From: Thermodesulfobacteriota bacterium
GTDB taxonomy: Bacteria; Desulfobacterota_D; UBA1144; Nemesobacterales; UBA2774
Length of the DNA: 64,000 nt
Reading direction: 5' to 3'
NCBI GenBank assembly: GCA_040754335.1
Contig: JBFMCV010000006.1
Coordinates: forward strand, 10,964-74,963
The position numbers and the translations under genes were made by a program. The notes beneath the pieces are model-generated. The model searched no databases, had not been told where the DNA came from, and saw only the letters and a list, made by a program, of their open reading frames with translations. Below, one piece after another: positions 1 through 8,993 of the stretch (within the stretch, counting starts at the first letter, position 1; every line of letters starts with the position of its first letter).

Positions 1-1002
1 CATATCTGGGGTTTCTTGCCGGATTTGATTTTTGCGATTAATTGTTTTCTGTTTTTGTCGTTTCTTAAAGCGGTCCAGACCCCGAGCCAGAAGAAATAAT
101 CCATAGCTAAAGAAAATAGCCTCTCGAAAACCTTGATGTTTTTTCTCTCGGTCTTGCTTATGATGCTGATTATGAGGTTACTTGCCGGCGGGATCAGCAT
201 GCTTGTCCATATAAGGAATAGACGGAGGGATCGCCACTTCCATCCGGTATAGTTATATTCGATGAGCTTGAGCTCGTTGAATGTATCAGGATGCAAGTTA
301 ACTAATTGGACGGCATTCTTTCCCGAATTAATTGTTTTATAAGCGAGCCCTTTGAAGTCATCATCATAATGCTGAATACACATGGCATAGGGGTTGAAGA
401 TGATTTTTATGCCTCTGTTCAGCAGCCGGTATGCAAATTCTACATCTTCGTAACCGTAGGATTTATAGCTTTCATCGAACAGGCCGACTTCGGTTATAAC
501 GCTCTTTCTTATAGAAAAATTCCCGCCGTAAAAATCCCAAATACGCAAGTTGTAGTCGGGTCGCGAAAGTTTCTCAAGATGAGTATTGAACTTATCCGTA
601 ATTTGACCGATCGTCGGCGATGCGTTCGGATCTAATTTGATAGGGGCGGCTCCTACGATACAAACATGCGGATCGATCTGATGCGCTGCATAATGGGAGC
701 CCACTAATTCAGCCGAAGGTTCCATGTCATCATCCAATATGATCACCAGGTCGCTGCTTGCTGCACGGATCCCGCTGTTACACGCAGCTGCCTTTCCTCT
801 GTTCCTTTCCCATATGTAGCGCAGTAAATATGGGGCCTTAAAGTTGTCGATCATCTCCTTGGACCCGTCTTCAGACCCATCTATGGAGACTATTACCTCA
901 AATTCGTGTTGAGGGAAAGATTGTGCATTCAGGGCGGTCAACAAGCGTTTCAAAGAGTCGCATCGTTGATATGTCGGTATTACTATACTGACCTTGATCA
1001 TG
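1..1002 (-). CDS. Family 2 glycosyltransferase, truncated at the window edge (N-terminus present, C-terminus runs off the window start).
   Basis: My own translation of the minus strand starting at the ATG complement near 1000-1002 gives MIKVSIVIPTYQRCDSLKRLLTALNAQSFPQHEFEVIVSIDGSEDG...DLVIILDDD. This has the classic GT-A/GT2 N-terminus (VIPTYxR) and the DxD motif. It is not in the ORF track because there is no stop codon inside the window. Its start abuts the stop of the CE4 deacetylase, so the two are likely co-transcribed. Confidence 0.8.
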
Positions 1003-1842
1003 CTATATAAGTAAAATATTCTTGCTGTGCAATATTCTTTTAAAAATTTTTTTAACTGACCCTGGCACCTTGCTTTGCATGACCAGCATTTGTTTTGCCA
1101 TTATTCCGATCGGGGAATCCGCCGTATTTATCTTACATAAAAAATTTAACATACTTATATCAACGCCCATATTAAACCTGGGTAACGCAAACATGTCGTT
1201 GTCCAAATCAACGAAACTTTCTTCGGTGGTGCAGGCCGTATAATATCCGGCCTCACTTGCCAATATTTTCACGCTTTCGTTGTAATCGCCGTAGGGGTAC
1301 GCTATATGCCTGACTTCGTGTCCCAGGATTTCCTCAAGCTTCCGGCGCGACCCCGAGAGTTCTCCAAAGCAGTCATTTGACGAGATTTTGCTTAAACGCG
1401 GATGACTCATGCTATGAGATGCGACTTCAAATCCCATCGAGTCCAGCATGGTTACCGTCGCCCAGTCGATGATCTGAAATTCGACGTTCACTTCTGGTAT
1501 CATCCAGCTGCTTTTTCGTCCTGCATAATCCGTGGGGATGTAAAATACGGCGGTGAACCCGGTACTCTCAAGTATCGGTACCGCATTATCTATTGCATCC
1601 TGCAAACCGTCGTCAAATGTGATTATGACGGGTTTCGAGGGCGGTTTTGCGGACCCGTTCTTATAATCTAATAGTTTGCTGAAAGTGATGGGAACAAAAC
1701 CCAGAAACTTAAGAGCTTTCATCTGCGCTTCAAACGCTTTCGGTGTGACCGTGTATTCGAGGAAATTCGGATGCGGCTCACGGCTTATCTGATGATACAT
1801 TAGTATGGGAATGTTGAGATTCATGGGGTTATCTTGTGGCAA
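1003..1842 (-). CDS. Polysaccharide deacetylase (CE4 / NodB-homology domain).
   Basis: The 279-aa ORF contains ITFDDG...D...P.L...G..A..F and HSMSHP, which are the NodB-homology catalytic Asp and His motifs. Confidence 0.85.
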   Translation of the reverse strand: MPQDNPMNLNIPILMYHQISREPHPNFLEYTVTPKAFEAQMKALKFLGFVPITFSKLLDYKNGSAKPPSKPVIITFDDGLQDAIDNAVPILESTGFTAVFYIPTDYAGRKSSWMIPEVNVEFQIIDWATVTMLDSMGFEVASHSMSHPRLSKISSNDCFGELSGSRRKLEEILGHEVRHIAYPYGDYNESVKILASEAGYYTACTTEESFVDLDNDMFALPRFNMGVDISMLNFLCKINTADSPIGIMAKQMLVMQSKVPGSVKKIFKRILHSKNILLI

Positions 1843-2063
1843 GCCTCGCTTTGCGGCTTTCCTTCAACCAGGATTTCGTATGTATAGTCATATTAATCCA
1901 ATTCTACCGGATTCGGAACTGTTTAAGCTCGCCGGGCGCTTCTTCAATCAATTTATCAGTATTCTGAGTAGTCATTATTTCGGATTTTTTTAATTCATTC
2001 TATTTTCCGGAGCTGAGGCGAGGGCTTTGGTTAGTACTCAAGTGCGCGATACATCGTCCCCGG

Positions 2064-3368
2064 CTAATTATCATCGACTAACCATTCGTATTGTAAAAGG
2101 GAAGTGGCTTGCTCGCGTGAAGGAATCTTGCCCGATCCGTATATATCTTCCGTTTCTATGTCGAAGTGCCCTGCGTTCTCGATCTTATCGGCGCTGATCA
2201 TACCTCTTCTTATTTCGAGATCCGCGACACATCGTCCGGGCGTGAGGGATAATTCCTCTGTCAGGCACGTGACGCTTCCCACCGGAGGAAGGATTTCCGG
2301 GAGCCCGTTTAAAATATCGCTATCGAGGCGCAGTATGTTTATGCGTGTCCTGAAATCCCGGATCTTAATTATAAAGCGCGGGTAACGTATCGGATTCTTG
2401 GCCGTATAACCGATCTTGATTTTCAGACGGCATCCCGGCTGTATAGGTTTCCCGGCCTCCGAATTCTCGATCTTGAGCGATGTTGCCGTAACGCTGCAGT
2501 CACCTTCGTGGTCGGGTCTCTGGTCTAAAGGGAGCTCATAGGTCGAGTTCATCGATTGCATATACTGTTGAACGACCTGATCGGTCGAGCCCTCGCAAAC
2601 TTTCTGTCCGTTTTCGAGAAAAATAGTTCTTTGACATAGAGAAAGGATTGCCGCCATGTCGTGGCTTACGAATAACACCGTCCTGCCTTCGGAAGTCGCC
2701 ACGTTGTTCAATTTGCCGAGACACTTTTTCTGGAATGCTGCGTCCCCTACGGCCAGCACTTCATCTATGAGGAGGATCTCGGGTTCGAGGTGCGCAGCAA
2801 CTGAAAATCCGAGGCGGATCCTCATACCCGAGGAGTAATACTTCACAGGAGTGTCTATAAACTGGTGGATTTCCGAGAAATCGACAATCTCATCGAACTT
2901 CCTCTCAATTTCCTGTCTCCTCATTCCGAGTATCGCACCGTTTAAAAAAATATTTTCTCTCCCAGTCAATTCGAAGTGGAATCCCGTGCCTACTTCAAGC
3001 AGGGATGCTATGCGGCCGTATATATCGATCCTCCCTTCAGTAGGTTCTGTAATGCCCGTTATAATTTTAAGCAGTGTGCTTTTTCCGGCGCCGTTTCGTC
3101 CTATAATTCCTACTACTTCTCCCCGGCTGACGTCGAAGTTAACATTTTTCAGGGACCAAAAATAATTCTGGGAGGCGTCATTTTTACCGTTAGCCGTGCC
3201 GGGTCCGTAACTGTTCGGTCCGCTCTTGGCGTAAAAGGCTGAGATCAGTTTGTTATAGCCCCTTGAGGTAAAGCTCGTAATGCTGTCCCTTATAGTCCTG
3301 TACTGATTCCTCTCGCCTATTCGATACTTTTTACCTACGTCCCTGACTTTTATAATTATATCGCTCAT
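2064..3368 (-). CDS. wzt: Polysaccharide/O-antigen ABC exporter ATP-binding protein (Wzt/TagH/KpsT family) with a C-terminal glycan-binding extension.
   Basis: The protein is 434 aa. It has Walker A GRNGAGKST, the ABC signature YSSGMRIRLGF, and Walker B ILLIDE. A ~170-aa C-terminal extension follows the NBD, as in Wzt carbohydrate-binding domains. The gene lies directly downstream of an ABC-2 permease gene. Confidence 0.85.
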   Translation of the reverse strand: MSDIIIKVRDVGKKYRIGERNQYRTIRDSITSFTSRGYNKLISAFYAKSGPNSYGPGTANGKNDASQNYFWSLKNVNFDVSRGEVVGIIGRNGAGKSTLLKIITGITEPTEGRIDIYGRIASLLEVGTGFHFELTGRENIFLNGAILGMRRQEIERKFDEIVDFSEIHQFIDTPVKYYSSGMRIRLGFSVAAHLEPEILLIDEVLAVGDAAFQKKCLGKLNNVATSEGRTVLFVSHDMAAILSLCQRTIFLENGQKVCEGSTDQVVQQYMQSMNSTYELPLDQRPDHEGDCSVTATSLKIENSEAGKPIQPGCRLKIKIGYTAKNPIRYPRFIIKIRDFRTRINILRLDSDILNGLPEILPPVGSVTCLTEELSLTPGRCVADLEIRRGMISADKIENAGHFDIETEDIYGSGKIPSREQATSLLQYEWLVDDN

Positions 3369-3369
3369 G

Positions 3370-4266
3370 TTAAATCACATCCGCAAACGTTCTCTCCATG
3401 CGTCTGAAATACAATAAACCGCCTATTAACAGGCACACTACCATAATGGACGATACGATAACCAGCGGCCAGCTTCCGTTTGATTGACCGAGAAGCGCCC
3501 ATCTAAAGCCCTCGACCACCCCGGCCATCGGGTTAAGACCGTACAAGAACCGCCATTTTTCCGGGACGAGGCTGCTGGGGTACGCAATAGGTGTAAGGAA
3601 AAGCCATATTTGAGTAAGGAACGGGATGAGGTGGCGAACATCCCGGTACTGAACATTTAGCGCGGATAACCACAAGCTTACAGCAAGAGCTGTCGCCATT
3701 GCGAGCAGTATGAATAGAGGCAATGCCAGTATCGCGGCCGAAGGTATTATCCCATAATAAAATATCATTGCTAACAATACAAGGAATGCAATGCAGAAGT
3801 CGACCAAACCCGCAATTATGGAGGAGCAGGGGAGTATTATTCGCGGAAAATATACCTTTGTGATCAGGTCGTAATTGTTGACCAGGCTATTACTAGCGTT
3901 TGTGAATGAGTTTGCGAAGAGTTGCCATGGCAGCAGTGCAGCAAAAGAGAAGACGGGGTATGGGAGGCCGTCAGAAGGTACTTTTGCCAGATTGCCGAAG
4001 AATATTGTGAACACCACCATAGTCATGAAAGGCTGAAGCACCGCCCAGGCAACACCCAGCGCTGTCTGTTTGTACCTGACTTTTAGGTCTCTCCAAATAA
4101 GGAAATAAATTAATTCATGGTATTCATAAAGTTCCCTCAACCTCAGCGACAGACCCTTTTGCGGCTCCCGCACCGTAAGAGCGTTTTTGTGCTGCGGGTC
4201 AACCGCTTTCAAGATCTCCGCATGCTGCGGTTTTATTATCTTTGATGTTGTTTTAGTTTTCTGCAT
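3370..4266 (-). CDS. wzm: ABC-2 type polysaccharide exporter permease (Wzm/TagG/KpsM family).
   Basis: The 298-aa protein has 6 predicted TM helices and matches the ABC-2 family pattern. Its stop abuts the wzt start. Confidence 0.85.
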   Translation of the reverse strand: MQKTKTTSKIIKPQHAEILKAVDPQHKNALTVREPQKGLSLRLRELYEYHELIYFLIWRDLKVRYKQTALGVAWAVLQPFMTMVVFTIFFGNLAKVPSDGLPYPVFSFAALLPWQLFANSFTNASNSLVNNYDLITKVYFPRIILPCSSIIAGLVDFCIAFLVLLAMIFYYGIIPSAAILALPLFILLAMATALAVSLWLSALNVQYRDVRHLIPFLTQIWLFLTPIAYPSSLVPEKWRFLYGLNPMAGVVEGFRWALLGQSNGSWPLVIVSSIMVVCLLIGGLLYFRRMERTFADVI

Positions 4267-4741
4267 TAGTATTATATTGATGCTGACCTAAGAGCCATTA
4301 ATATGATTGGGAAATCGGTTACTTAGACTCCTAAAATTATAATGCAAAAAAACCGATTATAAAGCAACTCAGTCACAAGTAAAAACTTTATAGGCAAGGG
4401 TGAATTAAAGTCGAATGATCTCAGAACCCGTCGTAATATTTCTGTTATAACCCTTGTATAGGCAACTATATAGTATAGACTTTTTATTAAATCAAATCGG
4501 CGGGTTAAAGTAGTAGTTTATATATGTCCGAGCAATGCCGGCTCTCAAAATATATCGTCCCGCGGTCCGGATTGTTATAAGTAGCCATGTTTCCACAAGC
4601 TATTACAGCTGCACTGGAATTCTTGAAAGGATACGGTTAGCTTGATTGTTTACTAGATTCTGGGTCTTGAATTGGAATGTTCTTTATAGCTCAATAATTC
4701 GCAATTGTAAAGGGAAGTCGGAGCACCGATAAGAGGATGCT

Positions 4742-6217
4742 ATGTTCGGAGCCATCGGACTGGACGGATTAATCTCGTTTCTTGCTGTCCTGGCAGCGAT
4801 ACCGCTTTTATGCAGTTTGGCGTCCAAGATGGGGTTTTTTGATCAACCCGGAGGCCGAAAACGGCACGAGCGGGCGATTCCGCCGGTTGGCGGATTGGCT
4901 ATATTCCCGGTTTTTATAGTAATGGTAATGTTTACCGGGGTGAATTCGTCTGAAGCCTGGTTCTTCGCAGCGTTGATTCTTTTACTTATAACAGGCGTAG
5001 TAGATGACGGTTATTCTCTTCCGGCATGGCTTAAACTGGCTGTTCAGATTATAGCGGCCTTACTCCTCGTCGTACCGGGCAATCTACGTATTTACGAGCT
5101 CGGAGACCTGTTCGGGTCGGGAATGTTATGGACCGGGTGGATGGCTATTCCGTTCTCGATCATCTCCATCGTATTAATGATAAACGCCGTCAACCTGATA
5201 GACGGATTGGACGGCCTTGCGGGAGGACTGGGATTGATCATAGTGGCGTGGTTGGGTATTTGCAGTTTTAATGCCGGGAGTCTGGATGGTGAGTCCCATA
5301 CGGTCGTTCTGGCCGGGGCGCTTGCCGGGTTTCTCGTTTATAATCTACGCCACCGGTTTCGTAAAAGGGCCAGCGTTTTCTTGGGGAACTCCGGCAGCCT
5401 TGCCCTTGGCTTGACTCTGGCATGGCTGACCATAGGGCTATCGCAGGGGGAGGAAGCCGTTATCCGGCCGATCTCTGTCGCCTGGCTTCTGGCTCTTCCC
5501 ATATACGATATCTGTGGGCAGTTCGCGCGGAGAATCAGCTTGGGACGGCACCCGTTCGATCCGGACAGGCATCACTTTCACCACCACTTCTTGTATGCCG
5601 GGCTCTCGGACGGTCAGGCGACCGCCGTAATCCTCGGGATCTCATTTTTTATGGGACTCGTGGGTGTCGGCGGGATATGGTTGGGCTTACCCGAGTATTA
5701 TCTGACTTATATATGGATATTACTCCTCTTGCTACACATATATCTCTCTATGAGACCCCTTCGCTACCTGGAATTATTGTTGCCGTTCCGCGGTAAGAGT
5801 ATAGATAATATAATCGGTCAATTAATTCTGGAATCCGGTGCGATTAAAGAATCCCAGCTTCTCGAAGCGCTTGAATATCAAGGCAGATACGGAGGGAAAA
5901 CGGGCGAGATACTTATTGAAAAAGGGTACATATCGGAGCCGGAGTTGAATTTCTTTCTGAATTTGCAGATAGTGAGGAATGCAAACGCACAAGTCGTCGA
6001 CGCCAATCGGAAGAAAGAATTCTTATTAGGGGAAATTATGTTAGCCTCTAAAATGATAACAAACGATCAATTACAGGAAGCGTTGGCGTATCAGGAGAGA
6101 AAAGGCGGCTGGATAGGTCAGGTTCTTCTTAACATGGGCTATATTTCGGAGGCAGGTCTAAAACAATGTTTAGAGACTCAGTACTCGATAAGAAAGAAGA
6201 ACGAAATAAGAATATGA
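4742..6217 (+). CDS. Polyprenyl-phosphate sugar-1-phosphate transferase (MraY/WecA superfamily, GT4 transferase) fused to two tandem T2SSE_N / MshEN-like modules. I interpret these as c-di-GMP receptor modules.
   Basis: The N-terminal ~340 aa are polytopic and carry the motif VNLIDGLDGLAGG typical of WecA/MraY. The C-terminal ~150 aa carry four copies of the 24-residue xLGxxLLxxGxIxxxxLxxALxxQ motif. They sit in two pairs, each pair separated by a 5-residue spacer (GRYGG and ERKGG). Confidence 0.8.
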   Translation: MFGAIGLDGLISFLAVLAAIPLLCSLASKMGFFDQPGGRKRHERAIPPVGGLAIFPVFIVMVMFTGVNSSEAWFFAALILLLITGVVDDGYSLPAWLKLAVQIIAALLLVVPGNLRIYELGDLFGSGMLWTGWMAIPFSIISIVLMINAVNLIDGLDGLAGGLGLIIVAWLGICSFNAGSLDGESHTVVLAGALAGFLVYNLRHRFRKRASVFLGNSGSLALGLTLAWLTIGLSQGEEAVIRPISVAWLLALPIYDICGQFARRISLGRHPFDPDRHHFHHHFLYAGLSDGQATAVILGISFFMGLVGVGGIWLGLPEYYLTYIWILLLLLHIYLSMRPLRYLELLLPFRGKSIDNIIGQLILESGAIKESQLLEALEYQGRYGGKTGEILIEKGYISEPELNFFLNLQIVRNANAQVVDANRKKEFLLGEIMLASKMITNDQLQEALAYQERKGGWIGQVLLNMGYISEAGLKQCLETQYSIRKKNEIRI

Positions 6218-6257
6218 TCGCCTCCGCGGACGGCGGATCCTGCCGATGCTTGAATAA

Positions 6258-7658
6258 TCAGGATGCTTCGTTTGTTTTATGAATAACCCTGTATAAGTGA
6301 TCTGTCATGCTCACGGACAGACCAAGAAGAAAGGTAAAATAATACGCATTTGAAGGAATCTGGAAAACGAACTCGGTGATTGCGTGCGCCATCATTCCGA
6401 ACATCCCGCTTAAACACCCCAGTGTGAGATAAAAGCGAAGAGGGTCTTTCTTCGGATTGAAATCTTTGACGGCTCCGATAGCGGTGATAAAGTACGATAT
6501 CAATCCAGTCAACACCAGAGCGAAACCCAAGATGCCTGTCTCGACAATCAGCTCTATGTAGTCGTTATGAGCGTGGTCATAGACGTAGGGTCCCGCGGCT
6601 TCTTTTTTGTAGAGCGTATAAGCCAGGTTAAAATTACCGAGGCCGGAGCCGAATAAAGGGAAGTCCGCTATTAGGTTAAGTGAATCTTTCCATATCGAGG
6701 TGCGATTGGGCAATTCTTTGATAGTTTCAGAAAATTTTTCAATAACCGGATCCAACCCTATCCATATAGAGTAGACGATTACAAGCACGAAGAATGCTCC
6801 CAGGAAAATTTTGAGCGAGCCGCTTTTTTTATTTCGGGAAAACAGTATGTAGAAGGAGAGAATTGACACCACGAATGAAAAGATGGCCCCTCTCGATTGA
6901 GCGAGGATCATGCTTATGGCGGAAAAGGAAGTGGCGAATAAGAGTATAAGCCGCGTCGATAGGTGTATTTTCAATCTGTCCGCCCTTCGGCTCGGGACCG
7001 AGCCCTTATTCGACCCTAAGTAGAGAATGTATCCCAGAAATAGAGGTATTACGACGATGAGCAGTCCGGCTAAGTGGTTCGGGTTGATGTAGGTTCCAGA
7101 TGCGGGTACCTTGGTCCCGCTGATTATATACTGAAGCAGCCCGATCAGTGATTCTACCATGGCTATCGTGAATACGATCCAGAAGAATCTTTTTATTCGT
7201 TTGCTCGACCTGATATAACTTGACACCGTAAAGAAAAAAGCCGCATACGAGAGATATAGGAGAAGTTTTTCATACGTTAAGAACGGGTAGAGGCTTAGCG
7301 CGTCGGACAGCTTGACGCCGTTGCCGAATATGTAATTCAGGGCTTCGCTTCTTCCGTGAAACAACTCCGCCTTGTGCGGGGAAATGAGCCTGAGGATAAA
7401 CTCCGGGAGATCCAGGGTCTGAAACAGGATGATACCGAAAAAAAGTGCGAAAAAAACATATAAACGGGAAGGCAGTATATGTATGCGTCTTTTGAGTATT
7501 TCACCGATCAACCATACGCCAGATGTCAAAAAAGAGATTATCTCGATCAACGAAACGGACCATGTCTCGACATTCCCATACGGGAGTGGCGAGGCAAGTA
7601 TCGTTATGATGCCGCACGTGATTAAAAAGGGAATTAGTCTTTCGTTTACAAATCGCAT
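6258..7658 (-). CDS. O-antigen ligase / polymerase family membrane protein (Wzy_C domain).
   Basis: The protein is 466 aa with ~11 TM helices and a periplasmic loop between the late TM helices. Its topology and size are typical of the WaaL/Wzy/PglL family. Confidence 0.65.
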   Translation of the reverse strand: MRFVNERLIPFLITCGIITILASPLPYGNVETWSVSLIEIISFLTSGVWLIGEILKRRIHILPSRLYVFFALFFGIILFQTLDLPEFILRLISPHKAELFHGRSEALNYIFGNGVKLSDALSLYPFLTYEKLLLYLSYAAFFFTVSSYIRSSKRIKRFFWIVFTIAMVESLIGLLQYIISGTKVPASGTYINPNHLAGLLIVVIPLFLGYILYLGSNKGSVPSRRADRLKIHLSTRLILLFATSFSAISMILAQSRGAIFSFVVSILSFYILFSRNKKSGSLKIFLGAFFVLVIVYSIWIGLDPVIEKFSETIKELPNRTSIWKDSLNLIADFPLFGSGLGNFNLAYTLYKKEAAGPYVYDHAHNDYIELIVETGILGFALVLTGLISYFITAIGAVKDFNPKKDPLRFYLTLGCLSGMFGMMAHAITEFVFQIPSNAYYFTFLLGLSVSMTDHLYRVIHKTNEAS

Positions 7659-7674
7659 TTATGTCGATTCCGCT

Positions 7675-8898
7675 CTATCTTATTTTTTTCAAACTTACGT
7701 CGTCTATCCAAACCGTTCCGGCTATATTCCCATAGACACGGCTACTCGTGTAACGACGCAGAACGATACTCAGTAGTTCACAGCCGCGAGGCGTTTCGAA
7801 TGTTACCGAGACCGGGTGCCAGTCCGTCGTGCCCAGAATTTCCTCTGATTTTACGTTTAATTCACTTGTCTGTATGCAATAAATTTCCCAGAAAGGACCG
7901 TTTTTTGTGGGCAGGTCCCTGCTCCTCATCAATGAACTCAGCTTATACTCGGTATGCTCCTCTACAGGTATATTCTGCCGAAAATGGTAAAAATCAATGT
8001 TGGTGCTTCCGTCGAATTCTATCCTGACGGAGTTTCCCCTATCTTTATTCGTCTCCAGCTTGACTTGAGCCCCTTTTACGCTGCTGAAAGTCCAATCGAA
8101 ACCGCTATTGGTGAGCCCTTTCTCAAAATCCCCGTTCCAGATACCCTCCCAGTCTCCGTATTTCCCGGCCCAGGCATTTTTGGCGCTCCTCGCCATGTTC
8201 TTGTTGATTAGTGTGCTGACGTATCTAAGGAATGTATACTCCGAGATTTCGTCGGTATCTGATAATTTCCCCCAGACCTTTTGGGCCTCGGATATCCTAT
8301 CGGTGTCCATCAGGAAGTTCAGATAATCGTCGAGGGCTGTTTCAGGAATAACCGGCAGTATGCTGTCTCCATTCCGCAGCGATTGCCAAAGTACAATGAA
8401 AGCCTTCCTCCGCCTTTCCGTGTCATATTCAATGACCGCATGCAGATTTCTCTTAAGCGCTTCTTCGTCCCCGAGCCTTGAAGCCAGAATACCGGCGGCC
8501 CACCTCAGGGATACGACACCCGGAGCAAGCTGCGTGGCCTGGTTGAGAGCGTATAACGCTTTCTCCCTTTTGCCTTCCGTCGAGAGGAATTCTGCCAGGT
8601 AATACCAATAGTTGTAATTCAAAGGGTTGAGCTGTAGTGCTTTCCTGTAAAGTTCGAATATCTTTTCGCGAGGCGCCGTGAAGTCGTAATTCTCGTAATA
8701 CTGGGCCAGGAGGAAGTATAATTGCGAGTTTTCACTCTCTACCTGGATGGCTTCATTTAACCCGGCCGGGGGAGGGTCTTCGGCGTAAACATAGGAAAGC
8801 CAGCCCTTTGCGGAGTTCCATGTTAGAAACAGCGTTATCGATATTGTCAGTAGTACGGATATATATAGAGAAAGCCTCGAACCTATCGTAAATTTCAT
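7675..8898 (-). CDS. Membrane-anchored TPR-repeat protein with a C-terminal CBM4_9-like carbohydrate-binding domain.
   Basis: There is an N-terminal TM helix, then TPR-like repeats (YYENYDF, ALQLNP, YWYYLAEFL, ALNQATQLAP). The C-terminal ~150 aa begin with NGDFEKG...W, the hallmark start of the CBM4/9 beta-sandwich. The gene lies 16 nt upstream of the Wzy_C gene on the same strand. Confidence 0.5.
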   Translation of the reverse strand: MKFTIGSRLSLYISVLLTISITLFLTWNSAKGWLSYVYAEDPPPAGLNEAIQVESENSQLYFLLAQYYENYDFTAPREKIFELYRKALQLNPLNYNYWYYLAEFLSTEGKREKALYALNQATQLAPGVVSLRWAAGILASRLGDEEALKRNLHAVIEYDTERRRKAFIVLWQSLRNGDSILPVIPETALDDYLNFLMDTDRISEAQKVWGKLSDTDEISEYTFLRYVSTLINKNMARSAKNAWAGKYGDWEGIWNGDFEKGLTNSGFDWTFSSVKGAQVKLETNKDRGNSVRIEFDGSTNIDFYHFRQNIPVEEHTEYKLSSLMRSRDLPTKNGPFWEIYCIQTSELNVKSEEILGTTDWHPVSVTFETPRGCELLSIVLRRYTSSRVYGNIAGTVWIDDVSLKKIR

Positions 8899-8993
8899 AT
8901 GACAAGCTGAATTAAATAGCTGTATACGGATAAGTGACTTTTGCAGGTGAAGTTAACTTGATAACGGGAAAATATCCCCGAGACTTGAATAAA

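Noticed and set aside
306-635. 109-aa plus-strand ORF from the track.
   Set aside because: It lies entirely antisense within the GT2 gene, which I translated on the minus strand with clear GT-A motifs. It has no motifs of its own.
6218-6257. Bidirectional terminator between the convergent WecA-MshEN and Wzy_C genes (GATCGCCtccgcggacGGCGGATC).
   Set aside because: The stem is imperfect and no T-run follows on either strand. It is too weak to call.
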